Shown: piece after piece, positions 38,193-47,530 of the stretch
Position numbering within the stretch: position 1 is the stretch's first letter
Layout: each line of letters begins with the position of its first letter
Assembly (NCBI GenBank): GCA_020247395.1
Contig: JADCJC010000007.1
Coordinates: 2,434-66,433 of the forward strand
DNA length: 64,000 nt
Direction: 5' to 3'
DNA from: Rhodocyclaceae bacterium
GTDB taxonomy: Bacteria > Pseudomonadota > Gammaproteobacteria > Burkholderiales > Usitatibacteraceae
Made by a program: the position numbers and the translations under genes
The notes under the pieces: model-generated
Seen by the model: only the letters and a program-made list of their open reading frames with translations
Told to the model about the DNA's origin: nothing
Databases searched by the model: none

Positions 38193-38414
38193 CCTCGCGC
38201 CGCGAAGATGATTGTCAGAATTATAAACACGCCAAGGAGCGGATAGTTTGGGACGAAAATGCCTGAAGATGCCCGCAGAATGGCGAGTTTGCCGGTTTGC
38301 AGGGTGACCAGCCTGCATTTCATCGCGCGATAATGGGGGTTGATCACAAACCTCGTCGATGCGCGGCCGGTGTAAGGCTAAAATCCCGCTACCTTACTTC
38401 CTGAAGGATCGTCC

Positions 38415-41267
38415 ATGTCTGCAAAACGTAGCCTACAGCGTCTATTCGTCGCACCGTCGGCACTCGCATTGGTCGCCGCTCTTACCGTCTCCGGCGCTTG
38501 GGCGCAGAAAGTGGAGTCGGCTGCTGCGGCGGTCAGCAAACCGGCGGCCAAGTCCGCCGCATCGTCAGTTGCAAAACCGCCCGTTGCCGCAAATAAGCCG
38601 CTGGCACCGGAGAAAGTGGCTTCGGTTGAAGGCATTACCGAGTATCGCCTGCCCAATGGCCTGACGGTTTTGCTCTATCCAGATCAGTCTAAACCGACGG
38701 TTACCGTCAACATCACCTATCTCGTGGGTTCTAAACACGAGAACTACGGCGAGACCGGCATGGCTCACTTGCTTGAGCATCTACTGTTTAAGGGCACGCC
38801 GAAGAATCCCGATATCGCGCAACAGCACAACAAACGCGGCATGCGTTGGAACGGCACGACCTGGCTGGACCGCACCAACTACTACCAGCTTTTCCAAGCC
38901 AGTGATGAGAATCTCGAATGGGCGCTGCAAATGGAAGCGGACCGGATGGTGAACTCGTTTATCGCGAAAAAGGACCTTGACTCGGAAATGACCGTGGTTC
39001 GCAATGAGTATGAGTCCGGCGAGAATCAGCCGTTCCAAGTCATGATCAAGCGCATGCAATCGGTCGCCTATGACTGGCACAACTACGGCAACGCGACCAT
39101 CGGTAACCGCTCCGATATCGAGAACGTCAAGATCGAAAACCTACAGGCCTTTTATCGCCAGTACTATCAGCCGGATAACGCCGTGTTATTGGTCGCAGGT
39201 AAGTTTGACGAAGTAAAAGTACTCGGTTGGGTGGGGAAATACTTTGGCGCGATTGCGAAACCCACGCGTGCGCTGCCAAAGCTCTGGACGGTCGAGCCGA
39301 CCCAGGACGGCGAACGTCAGTTTTTTGTCCGTCGCAAGGGAGATATACAGATTGTCATGTTCGGCTACAAAGTTCCGTCGAATTTGCATCCGGACAAGAG
39401 CGTCGTCGACTTCGTCAACTTTGTACTGACTGATTCCCCGACAGGAAGACTGCACAAGGCCTTGGTTGAAACCGGCAAGGCAGCACAAGTCTTTGGTTTC
39501 CCCTACCCCGGGGCGGACGGCGGTTTGCACTTAATCGCGGCCATTGTGAAGAAGGGCGAGCCGGTTGAGCCAGTGCAAGCCGAAATGACCAAGATCGTCG
39601 AGGAGTTTTTCAAGAATCCACCGTCGCCCGACGAGATGGAGCGGGTACGCAAGAATGCCGCCAATAGTGCCGAGCGTACACTGAACAACCACGAGCAGAT
39701 CGGTCTTGAATTATCCGAATTCATTGCGCTGGGTGACTGGCGCCTGTTCTTCAAAGATCGTGACGACGCGCAGTTGGTGACCGTTGATCAGGTCAAGACG
39801 GCCGCGGCGAAGTACTACAAACGTGACAACCGTGTGGTGGGTATCTTCCAACCGGAGGACAACCCGCAGCGCGCTGAGATTCCCGCACCACCGACGGCCG
39901 CCGAGGTGCTGAAGGGCTTCAAGGGTAAACAAACCGTGTCCAATGCAGAGGCATTTGATCCGTCGCAAGCCAATATCGATAAGCGTACCAAGCGCGTGGA
40001 TATTGGTGGCATCAAGGTCTCGCTGCTGACGAAGAAAAACAAAGGCGAACAGGTTAACTTCAGCGTGCGCTTCCGTAGCGGCGATGAGAAGTCGTTATTC
40101 GGACAAGCGACTGTGGCGGCGATGACTGGTCAGATGTTGTCGCGCGGCACCACCAAGTTCACGCGTACGCAGTTGGCCGATGAACTTGAGAGGTTAAAAG
40201 TCGCGGGTGGCATCAATGGTCTTTCTGCCAGCGGGCAAACCACGCGCCCGAACCTGGTAGAGACAATCAAGCTCGCTGCACACGTGATGCGTGAGCCATC
40301 GTTCCCGGAAAGCGAGTTTGAACAACTCAAGAAGCAAACGCTGACGGGAATCGAATCACAGAAGAGCGACCCTCGGGCGCTCGCGAGTGTGATGTTGGGG
40401 CAGCACTTCAACATCTTCCCGAAGGGCGACGTGCGTTACTCTAGCTCCATTGAGGAAGCCGAAGCCGACACCCGTGCGGTTACGCTTGAGCAGATTCGCG
40501 CATTCCACAAAAAGTTCTATGCGGCGGAGAAAGGCGAGATTGCGATTGTCGGGGACTTCGACGAAGCTGAAGTGCTGAAGGCGATTCGCGAGTCGTTTGC
40601 CGATTGGAAGGGCGGTGTGCCGTATGTGCGCTTGAGTTCGCCGTACAAAGACATCGCGCCCGTTAATCGCTCTATCGAGACGCCAGACAAGGAAAACTCA
40701 ATGTTCCTGGCGCGCGTGAATATCGACATGCAGGATACCGATCCCGACTATCCCGCGTTGTTGATCGCCAACTACATCATGGGGCAATCCGGCTTTGATT
40801 CGCGTCTCACGGCACGTATCCGCGTGAAGGACGGTTTGAGCTATGGCGCAGGATCACAGCTCAATGTGGGTTCGACCGATCGCGGCGCCGCTTGGATCGG
40901 CTTCGCCATATCTGCGCCGCAGAATACCGAGAAGGTTGAGCTGGCATTTAAAGATGAGGTCAACAAAGCGATCAAGGATGGCTTCACACCGGTTGAAGTT
41001 GTCGCTGCCAAGTCGGGATTGCTCCAGCAACGCCTGCAAGCTCGTGCTCAGGACGACAGCCTAGCCAGTGGACTGGCGTCGAACGCGTATCTGGGGCGTA
41101 CCTATGCTTTCAGCGCCGATATTGAAGCGAAGATCAGTGCACTCAAAGCCGAAGATGTATCGGCGGCGTTCCGCAAATACATCGACCCATCCAAGATCAC
41201 CTTCATCAAAGCAGGTGATTTTGCGAAGGTCGCAAAACAGGCGGCTGCCGGTGAACTGAAGAAATAA
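38415..41267 (+). CDS. secreted M16 (pitrilysin/insulinase) family zinc peptidase, double-unit
   Basis: Signal peptide, inverted zinc motif HLLEHLLFKG, and four M16 half-domains over 950 aa. Confidence 0.8.
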   Translation: MSAKRSLQRLFVAPSALALVAALTVSGAWAQKVESAAAAVSKPAAKSAASSVAKPPVAANKPLAPEKVASVEGITEYRLPNGLTVLLYPDQSKPTVTVNITYLVGSKHENYGETGMAHLLEHLLFKGTPKNPDIAQQHNKRGMRWNGTTWLDRTNYYQLFQASDENLEWALQMEADRMVNSFIAKKDLDSEMTVVRNEYESGENQPFQVMIKRMQSVAYDWHNYGNATIGNRSDIENVKIENLQAFYRQYYQPDNAVLLVAGKFDEVKVLGWVGKYFGAIAKPTRALPKLWTVEPTQDGERQFFVRRKGDIQIVMFGYKVPSNLHPDKSVVDFVNFVLTDSPTGRLHKALVETGKAAQVFGFPYPGADGGLHLIAAIVKKGEPVEPVQAEMTKIVEEFFKNPPSPDEMERVRKNAANSAERTLNNHEQIGLELSEFIALGDWRLFFKDRDDAQLVTVDQVKTAAAKYYKRDNRVVGIFQPEDNPQRAEIPAPPTAAEVLKGFKGKQTVSNAEAFDPSQANIDKRTKRVDIGGIKVSLLTKKNKGEQVNFSVRFRSGDEKSLFGQATVAAMTGQMLSRGTTKFTRTQLADELERLKVAGGINGLSASGQTTRPNLVETIKLAAHVMREPSFPESEFEQLKKQTLTGIESQKSDPRALASVMLGQHFNIFPKGDVRYSSSIEEAEADTRAVTLEQIRAFHKKFYAAEKGEIAIVGDFDEAEVLKAIRESFADWKGGVPYVRLSSPYKDIAPVNRSIETPDKENSMFLARVNIDMQDTDPDYPALLIANYIMGQSGFDSRLTARIRVKDGLSYGAGSQLNVGSTDRGAAWIGFAISAPQNTEKVELAFKDEVNKAIKDGFTPVEVVAAKSGLLQQRLQARAQDDSLASGLASNAYLGRTYAFSADIEAKISALKAEDVSAAFRKYIDPSKITFIKAGDFAKVAKQAAAGELKK

Positions 41268-41290
41268 TCGGTTGGAGATTTCAGCAATTG

Positions 41291-41316
41291 GCCCGCCAAT
41301 CGGCGGGCTTTTTTTT
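41291..41316 (+). terminator. rho-independent terminator after the M16 peptidase gene
   Basis: GCCCGCC-AATC-GGCGGGC followed by TTTTTTTT. Confidence 0.8.
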
Positions 41317-41456
41317 GCCAGGTGTTTTGCCGCTGTGATCGGCAACCATGAAGTGTTTGATTTTCTTGGTATTTCCGGCCATAATGATGGGCTTGGCTAA
41401 ACGTCGGCAACGGCTTTGGCACAAGAACAACCTGAAACACAACCTGAAACCCCTTG

Positions 41457-41523
41457 CCTGACGGCGGTGCGCATTGCCGCAGGCTTAACCGGTACGAATC
41501 GTGAAATTCCTGTGAGTTTCACG
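41457..41523 (+). promoter_or_regulatory. structured rpsF 5' leader (two hairpins before the SD)
   Basis: Hairpin 1 is CCTG-A-CGGC/GCCG-CAGG (41457-41483). Hairpin 2 is CGTGAAA/TTTCACG (41500-41523). The AGGAG Shine-Dalgarno sequence is at 41541. Confidence 0.4.
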
Positions 41524-41550
41524 TAAGTGCCTGACCCAGAAGGAGATTTT

Positions 41551-41922
41551 ATGCGCCATTATGAAATCGTTTTTATCGTGCACCCGGATCAGAGCGAGCA
41601 AGTTCCCGCCATGATCGAGCGCTACAAGGCATTGGTCGCTCAAGGTGGTGGCAAAGTCCATCGCATTGAAGATTGGGGCCGTCGCCAGATGGCATATCCG
41701 ATCGCCAAAGTGTTCAAAGCCCACTATGTGTTGATGAACATCGAAATCAACCAGGCCACCCTGGAAGAACTCGAGCACGCATTCAAATTCAACGACGCCG
41801 TTCTTCGCCACCTCACTGTGGCGAAAGAATCTGCTGAAGTTGGTCCGTCACCGATGATGAAGGAAGAAAAGTCGAAGTCGGTTGATGTCAAAGATGCGTC
41901 TAAAGAAGCTGCCGCCGCTTAG
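41551..41922 (+). CDS. rpsF: 30S ribosomal protein S6
   Basis: [18 protein letters not shown]...[10 protein letters not shown], with an acidic tail. Confidence 0.95.
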   Translation: MRHYEIVFIVHPDQSEQVPAMIERYKALVAQGGGKVHRIEDWGRRQMAYPIAKVFKAHYVLMNIEINQATLEELEHAFKFNDAVLRHLTVAKESAEVGPSPMMKEEKSKSVDVKDASKEAAAA

Positions 41923-41978
41923 TCATCTTTGACTCAGCGCGCCTTCGGTTCCCAACAAACTAAACAAAGAGGTTAAAC

Positions 41979-42272
41979 ATGCCACGTCCCGGACCCCGTC
42001 GCGGTAAGGATAGTAAGAAAGATGACAAGCGCAATCCCAATCGCGGATTGTTCCGTCGCAAGAAGTTCTGCCGTTTCACCGCTGAAAAAGTTGTACAAAT
42101 TGATTACAAAGACATCGGCGTCCTGAAAGACTTTATCAACGAAAATGGCAAGATAATCCCGGCACGTATTACCGGCACCAAAGCCAAGTATCAGCGCCAG
42201 CTGGATGTCGCAATCAAGCGCGCGCGCTTCTTGGCGTTGCTGCACTACACCGATCTGCACCCAAATCGCTAA
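41979..42272 (+). CDS. rpsR: 30S ribosomal protein S18
   Basis: [20 protein letters not shown]...[25 protein letters not shown]. Confidence 0.95.
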   Translation: MPRPGPRRGKDSKKDDKRNPNRGLFRRKKFCRFTAEKVVQIDYKDIGVLKDFINENGKIIPARITGTKAKYQRQLDVAIKRARFLALLHYTDLHPNR

Positions 42273-42295
42273 GCAGAACGGAATAGGAGAAAAAC

Positions 42296-42748
42296 ATGCA
42301 GATCATTTTGATGGAAAAAGTTGTAAACCTTGGTTCGCTAGGCGATGTCGTGAATGTCAAAAACGGCTATGCCCGTAACTTTCTGATCCCGCAAGGCAAA
42401 GCCAAACGCGCCACCGAATCTGCCAAGGCAGAGTTCGAAGCCAAACGCGTTGAGCTGGAAAAGAAAGCGGCTGAAATTCACGCTGCCGCAGTCGGTCGTG
42501 GCGAGAAGCTAGAGGGTTACTTGGTGCAAGTCACGCAGAAGGCGGGGGTTGACGGTCGTTTGTTTGGGTCGGTGACGAACTCTGACATCGCTGAGGCGCT
42601 CACCAAACAAGGCTTTGACGTGAAGAAGGGAGAAGTTGTTATGCCTAATGGTCCGTTGAAGACCATTGGTGACTTCCCGATCACCTTGAACTTGCATACC
42701 GATGTAAAGGTGCACATCACGGTTTCCGTTCTCGGCGAACACGTATAA
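42296..42748 (+). CDS. rplI: 50S ribosomal protein L9
   Basis: [36 protein letters not shown]. Confidence 0.95.
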   Translation: MQIILMEKVVNLGSLGDVVNVKNGYARNFLIPQGKAKRATESAKAEFEAKRVELEKKAAEIHAAAVGRGEKLEGYLVQVTQKAGVDGRLFGSVTNSDIAEALTKQGFDVKKGEVVMPNGPLKTIGDFPITLNLHTDVKVHITVSVLGEHV

Positions 42749-42899
42749 AGCTTCGTCTTTGAGCGTGATGCTGCGTTGCTCGTCGTTTTGCTCGCTCATT
42801 ACCCAAAACGGCAATGTCGCTGCGCAAAACTTCCTCGTGCCTTGCCTGACGCCCAAATACTCGCTTTAGCGCGAAGTCAGCTGTTTGTGGATGCATCAC

Positions 42900-42932
42900 A
42901 AAAACGCCGGTCAATGACCGGCGTTTTTGTTT
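42900..42932 (+). terminator. rho-independent (potentially bidirectional) terminator after rplI
   Basis: AAAAA-CGCCGGTC-AAT-GACCGGCG-TTTTTGTTT. Confidence 0.8.
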
Positions 42933-42955
42933 CGGCTAACTGGCGCGAGCGAAAT

Positions 42956-42964
42956 TTATCCACA
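42956..42964 (+). promoter_or_regulatory. consensus DnaA box TTATCCACA
   Basis: An exact 9-mer, about 135 bp upstream of the dnaB start. Confidence 0.55.
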
Positions 42965-43001
42965 GGTTGTCCGCCGAAAAAACACCGACTTGTGCATTGA
43001 A

Positions 43002-43010
43002 TGTGGATAA
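43002..43010 (-). promoter_or_regulatory. consensus DnaA box TTATCCACA (inverted)
   Basis: TGTGGATAA on the plus strand. It forms an inverted pair with the box at 42956, spaced 37 bp apart. Confidence 0.55.
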
Positions 43011-43096
43011 CTCTAGGTGCACAATAGCAGTGGTTTGGTAGGCATCACATACCGTTTTTCTCATTCCCGTAACGCCAAAAAATCCCCATAAATACA

Positions 43097-45562
43097 ATGG
43101 CTTCAGTATTTTCCCAACCATCCTCGCCGTCGCATTACGGCACCGACAGCATCGTTTCATCGCTGAAGCTCCCGCCGCACTCCATTGAAGCCGAGCAATC
43201 CGTTTTGGGGGGCTTGTTGCTCAATAACGAAGCGTGGGATCGCATCGGCGATATGGTGGCTGATGTCGATTTTTATCGAGATGATCACCGCAAGATTTAT
43301 CGTGCCATCTCCAGGCTTATCGAGCAGAACAAACCTGCCGATGTGTTGACCGTCGCCGAGTCGCTGCAGCTGGCCGGTGAGTTGCAAAACATTGGCGGCA
43401 TCAACTACTTGCAGAACCTCTCTGAAGGCACACCATCGGCGGCGAACATTCGCCTCTACGCCGAGATCGTGCGTGAGCGTTCGATCATGCGCTCACTCGC
43501 ACGCGCCGGAGAGGAGATCGCTGACTCGTCCTACTCACCGAGTGGCCGCGAGGCGCGTCAGTTGCTTGATGATGCCGAGAAGAAGATTTTCGACATCGCC
43601 GAGATGGGGCGCAAACATTCGCAGGGCTTCCAATCAATGGAGGATTTGCTCGGTGAAGTCATGACGCGTCTGGATGAGTTATCCAAGAACCCAACTGCGG
43701 TTGTCGGAAAAGAGACCGGCTTTGTTGATCTGGACAACATGACTTCCGGCATGCAGGACGGCGACCTCATCATCGTTGCGGGAAGGCCCTCAATGGGCAA
43801 GGCGCAGCCGCTCGACGCACGTATCAAAACCACCACCGGCTGGAAGGCGATGGGGCAATTGCAACTCGGTGATGCGGTGGCTTCGGTCGACGGCGACCAG
43901 TCCATTGTTACGGGTATTTTTCCACAAGGCGAGCGGCAGGTTTATCGCATTAGCTTCGCGGATGGGCGGTCTACAGAATGTTGTGACGAACACCTTTGGA
44001 CTGTTCGTTATCGTGACTGGAGCCAGGCGCGTACAGTGACTACCGCCAAATTGCGCGAGATGCTCGGCAAGAAGCGTTACAAAAACCGCCTCTGGGTAGA
44101 TGAAGTCAGCGGAGAGTTTGGGCATGACGAACCGCTAGCGCTTGACCCATGGGTGCTCGGTACCCTTCTGGGAGACGGTAAGCTGTCTGCGACGGCGGTC
44201 ACTTTCTCCGCAGCGGACGAAGAGATGGCAGAACGCCTGCAATCCCGCATCGGTGGCGGGTTGCATGTGAAACACGCGCACCACGATGACTGGCGCGTGG
44301 TTGGGCCGACCGCCGCTGAGTTTGCCCTAGCCGAGAAGCCGGCAATGATTGGTGCACAAGTCACCCCGTTGATGCACGCGCTGCGTCAGCTCGACCTATG
44401 GGGTATTTCCCGCGTCGAGAAATTTATTCCAGAAATCTATCTGCTCGCCAACCGCAAAGCTCGTCTCGATCTTTTGCGCGGCCTGTTGGATACCGGTGGT
44501 TGGGTTGAGAAGTGGGGGGCGGTACGATTTGCGACGTCAAGCTGGCGGCTCGCAAACGATGTTTTGACGTTGGCTCGCTCGTTAGGGGCATATGCCACGC
44601 TCAAAGATAAACGGACGAGATTCACGCACCCTGGTGAAAACAAGCAGGGCGAACATTCGTTTATGGTTAACATCAGCCATGCCAACCCAAAATCGCTCTT
44701 CCTGCTCTTGGCTAAACAGGCGCGGGCGGTGGAATCATGCCAGCGCAGAAAACGGCTGAACATTTCGAGCATCGTGCCAACCCGTGTGGCCGCGACGCAG
44801 TGTATTTCCGTTTCGCATCCCTCACGTCTGTATGTCACAGATGAATACATCCCGACTCACAACACCGCGTTCAGCTTGAACCTCGCCGAACACGTCGCGG
44901 TGAATCTTGGCTTGCCTGTTCTGATTTACTCGATGGAGATGGGTGGCACACAGATCGCCGGACGTTTCTTGTCGTCGATTTCGAAGGTCGACCAGCAAAA
45001 GTTGCGTACCGGACAGCTTGATGCGCGTGACTGGGATCGCCTTAGCCAAGCGATGGTAAAACTCAACACTGCGCCGATTCACATCGACGAAACGCCGGCC
45101 TTGAATGCGCTGGAGCTTCGCGCGCGCGCACGCCGCATGTGGCGCATGTACGACGGCCTTGGCTTGATTGTGGTTGACTACTTACAACTGATGTCGTCCA
45201 CTGCTTCCGGCGAGAATCGCGCAACGGAAATTTCGGAAATATCGCGTTCGCTAAAAGCGCTGGCAAAGGAATTAAAAGTACCGGTGGTAGCCCTTTCGCA
45301 GCTGAACCGCTCGTTAGAGCAACGCCCTAACAAACGCCCCGTCATGTCGGACCTGCGCGAATCGGGTGCCATCGAGCAAGATGCCGACGTCATTATCTTC
45401 ATCTACCGTGATGAGGTCTACAACCCTGATACGCCGGACAAAGGCACGGCCGAGATCATTATTGGCAAGCAGCGTAACGGCCCGATTGGTACGGTGCGCC
45501 TCACGTTCTTGGGGCAAAACACGCGCTTTGAAAACTACGCCGGTGGTGGAGGCGGGTATTAG
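43097..45562 (+). CDS. dnaB: replicative DNA helicase DnaB, intein-containing precursor (821 aa; 467 aa after splicing)
   Basis: DnaB N-domain (PPHSIEAEQSVLGGLL). Walker A GRPSMGK|T is split by the insert. The C-terminal RecA-like motifs are intact (VVDYLQLM, LSQLNRSLEQR, ESGAIEQDAD). Confidence 0.95.
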   Translation: MASVFSQPSSPSHYGTDSIVSSLKLPPHSIEAEQSVLGGLLLNNEAWDRIGDMVADVDFYRDDHRKIYRAISRLIEQNKPADVLTVAESLQLAGELQNIGGINYLQNLSEGTPSAANIRLYAEIVRERSIMRSLARAGEEIADSSYSPSGREARQLLDDAEKKIFDIAEMGRKHSQGFQSMEDLLGEVMTRLDELSKNPTAVVGKETGFVDLDNMTSGMQDGDLIIVAGRPSMGKAQPLDARIKTTTGWKAMGQLQLGDAVASVDGDQSIVTGIFPQGERQVYRISFADGRSTECCDEHLWTVRYRDWSQARTVTTAKLREMLGKKRYKNRLWVDEVSGEFGHDEPLALDPWVLGTLLGDGKLSATAVTFSAADEEMAERLQSRIGGGLHVKHAHHDDWRVVGPTAAEFALAEKPAMIGAQVTPLMHALRQLDLWGISRVEKFIPEIYLLANRKARLDLLRGLLDTGGWVEKWGAVRFATSSWRLANDVLTLARSLGAYATLKDKRTRFTHPGENKQGEHSFMVNISHANPKSLFLLLAKQARAVESCQRRKRLNISSIVPTRVAATQCISVSHPSRLYVTDEYIPTHNTAFSLNLAEHVAVNLGLPVLIYSMEMGGTQIAGRFLSSISKVDQQKLRTGQLDARDWDRLSQAMVKLNTAPIHIDETPALNALELRARARRMWRMYDGLGLIVVDYLQLMSSTASGENRATEISEISRSLKALAKELKVPVVALSQLNRSLEQRPNKRPVMSDLRESGAIEQDADVIIFIYRDEVYNPDTPDKGTAEIIIGKQRNGPIGTVRLTFLGQNTRFENYAGGGGGY
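43802..44863 (+). mobile_element. 354-aa intein with LAGLIDADG homing-endonuclease domain in the DnaB P-loop
   Basis: The insert lies between Lys235 and Thr of GKT. It starts AQPLDARIKT and ends YIPTHN|T. LAGLIDADG motifs are VLGTLLGDGKL and LLRGLLDTGGWV. Block B is CCDEHLW and block F is TQCISV. Confidence 0.85.
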
Positions 45563-45587
45563 TCGCCGAGAGGTGCTGTCAATTGAT

Positions 45588-45633
45588 GTCGTCTCGGCTC
45601 ATTTGGGTAACCCCGTCCGGGGCCCAATTTCGC
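45588..45633 (+). repeat. 46-bp direct repeat, copy 1 (upstream of alr)
   Basis: gtcgtctcggctcatttgggtaaccccgtccggggcccaatttcgc. It matches 47576-47621 with 2 mismatches. Confidence 0.85.
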
Positions 45634-45702
45634 AGTGCATCAAGGCATCCAAAACTAGTCCCCGGCCCAAGCATGCCGCGACAGGCCACTAAAACGCTGA
45701 CA

Positions 45703-46806
45703 ATGACACGTCCCATTCGCGCCGACATATCGCTCTCCGCCATCGCGCACAACTACGCGCTGGCCAAGCGCACCGCGCCGAAATCGAAAGTCTTTGCGGT
45801 CGTCAAAGCCAACGCTTACGGTCACGGCCTCGCGCGCGTGGCTAGGGTGCTGAAAGACGCGGATGGCTTCGCCACGCTGGAACTCGATTCCGCAATTCAG
45901 CTACGAAAGCTTGGCATCGAGTCGCCGATCTTGATGCTCGAAGGTTTTTTTGGTGAAGAAGAAATCAACATCTTCGCCAACTACAAACTCACCACCTCCA
46001 TCCGTGATGTAGAAGCCGCGAAGCAATTGGCGGATGCCGACATTCAGTCGCCGCTCGACGTATTTTTGAAATTCAATACCGGCATGAATCGCTTGGGCCT
46101 TGCGGGCCCGATGTCCGGCTTCGCAATTGAGCTTGCCGCCATCCACAAAAATTTTCGCAAGGTCACATTGATGACGCACTTCGCCACCGCCGATGGTGTG
46201 CAGGGCGTGGCGTGGCAAATGAAACGCTTTGATGAAATCGTCAAAGCGGCCAAACCCGTGTTGGCAGCAAAGGGCTTCACGCAAAGTGTGGCCAACTCCG
46301 CCGCGCTACTTCGCTTCCAGAAAACGCACCTCGACTGGGTGCGCCCCGGCATCATGCTCTACGGCTCCTCACCATTTGCCGATCGTACCGCCGAGGACAT
46401 CGGCTTGAAGCCGGTGATGACGTTGCGCTCTGAAGTGATTGGCGTGCAAACACTCGAGAAGGGCGATATCGTCGGCTACGGCGCTACCTTTATCGCGCAA
46501 AAGAAAATGCGCGTTGGGATTGTCGCGTGTGGTTACGCCGACGGCTATCCGCGTCACGCGCCCGGCACGAATGAGCACGGCACACCGGTGATTGTGAGCG
46601 GCAAACGAACGCGGACCATCGGTCGTGTGTCGATGGATATGCTGGTCGTCGATCTCACCGACATCCCGCACGCCAAAGTCGGCGCGCCGGTGTGTCTGTG
46701 GGGCGAAGGTCTGCCGGCGGATGAAGTGGCGGCGGCCGCAGGAACGGTGGCGTATGAATTGTTCTGCGGCGTTGCACCGCGGGTGCCGATGGCGGAGGTC
46801 GAGTAG
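45703..46806 (+). CDS. alr: alanine racemase
   Basis: PLP-Lys motif AVVKANAYGHG and colinear Alr motifs (RPGIMLYG, VSMDM). The start is taken at MTRPIRADI. Confidence 0.9.
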   Translation: MTRPIRADISLSAIAHNYALAKRTAPKSKVFAVVKANAYGHGLARVARVLKDADGFATLELDSAIQLRKLGIESPILMLEGFFGEEEINIFANYKLTTSIRDVEAAKQLADADIQSPLDVFLKFNTGMNRLGLAGPMSGFAIELAAIHKNFRKVTLMTHFATADGVQGVAWQMKRFDEIVKAAKPVLAAKGFTQSVANSAALLRFQKTHLDWVRPGIMLYGSSPFADRTAEDIGLKPVMTLRSEVIGVQTLEKGDIVGYGATFIAQKKMRVGIVACGYADGYPRHAPGTNEHGTPVIVSGKRTRTIGRVSMDMLVVDLTDIPHAKVGAPVCLWGEGLPADEVAAAAGTVAYELFCGVAPRVPMAEVE

Positions 46807-46808
46807 TT

Positions 46809-47471
46809 ATGAGCCAACCAAGTGGGATCAACAAAGATAAAAATGCGCTTGACCTCGTTTCGACTTTTTCCGAGTTTGCGTTAGACCGTGCGTTAGTGAG
46901 TTCAGGCATCGCAAACGACTTGTTCTTGGGAGAGCTTGCTAAGGAAGTGCCGGTGATTGGCACGGTCGTGCGTCTGGCGGATCTTGCGACTGGAGTACGA
47001 GATAGACTTTTTCTCGAAAAGATGTGTCGGTTTGCCCAACCCGCAGACAGTGTCCCGCCGGAGGAGCGTGAGAAGTTTGGAAAAATGCTCTCAGAGGATT
47101 TGGCGCTGCAAACTAGGGTTAAGCAGAACCTGCCACTCCTGATCGACCAACTGTCCGAGATGGAGAAGGCGACCATTGTGGGCTGGTTTTTTGCGGCGCT
47201 CGTGCAGGGAAGAATCAGCTATCGGCAATTTGTGTCGCTGTCGAACTGTGTTTCTAGAGTTACGTATTCTGATATCTGCACCCTTGTCGAATCCTCCATA
47301 AAGAATGACAATAACGTGCTCGATTCGGCAACTCGTGAAAGCCTCGCAGCTGGAGGATTGATGCGCTCAATGGGCCACGCCATGGGCGACCACGTTCACA
47401 ATTATTACGTTCCGAACGAGGCGGCAGAGTTAATGCTTGAGCTTATCAAGCCGCATCTCGCTAAGGAGTGA
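46809..47471 (+). CDS. hypothetical protein (220 aa), no recognisable family
   Basis: The ATG is 2 nt after the alr stop. The sequence looks AT-richer than its flanks, and a hairpin terminator follows. Confidence 0.55.
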   Translation: MSQPSGINKDKNALDLVSTFSEFALDRALVSSGIANDLFLGELAKEVPVIGTVVRLADLATGVRDRLFLEKMCRFAQPADSVPPEEREKFGKMLSEDLALQTRVKQNLPLLIDQLSEMEKATIVGWFFAALVQGRISYRQFVSLSNCVSRVTYSDICTLVESSIKNDNNVLDSATRESLAAGGLMRSMGHAMGDHVHNYYVPNEAAELMLELIKPHLAKE

Positions 47472-47499
47472 CGGCCATTCCCACCAAGGCCGTGGCACT

Positions 47500-47519
47500 G
47501 CCTGATTTAAGAATCAGGC
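47500..47519 (+). terminator. hairpin terminator candidate after the orphan ORF
   Basis: GCCTGATT-TAAG-AATCAGGC followed by GCTTTCTG, a weak U-tract. Confidence 0.45.
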
Positions 47520-47530
47520 GCTTTCTGCGA

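Noticed and set aside
38189-38323. A 44-aa minus-strand ORF ([44 protein letters not shown]) with a hydrophobic tail between rlmB and the M16 peptidase gene.
   Set aside because: It is too short to support without conservation or ribosome-profiling data, and no clear Shine-Dalgarno sequence was seen.
45583-45702. N-terminal extension of alr (track ORF start 45583), and similarly the 47591 ORF in front of radA.
   Set aside because: The extensions only translate the 46-bp intergenic repeat. Canonical Alr and RadA N-termini begin at 45703 and 47653.
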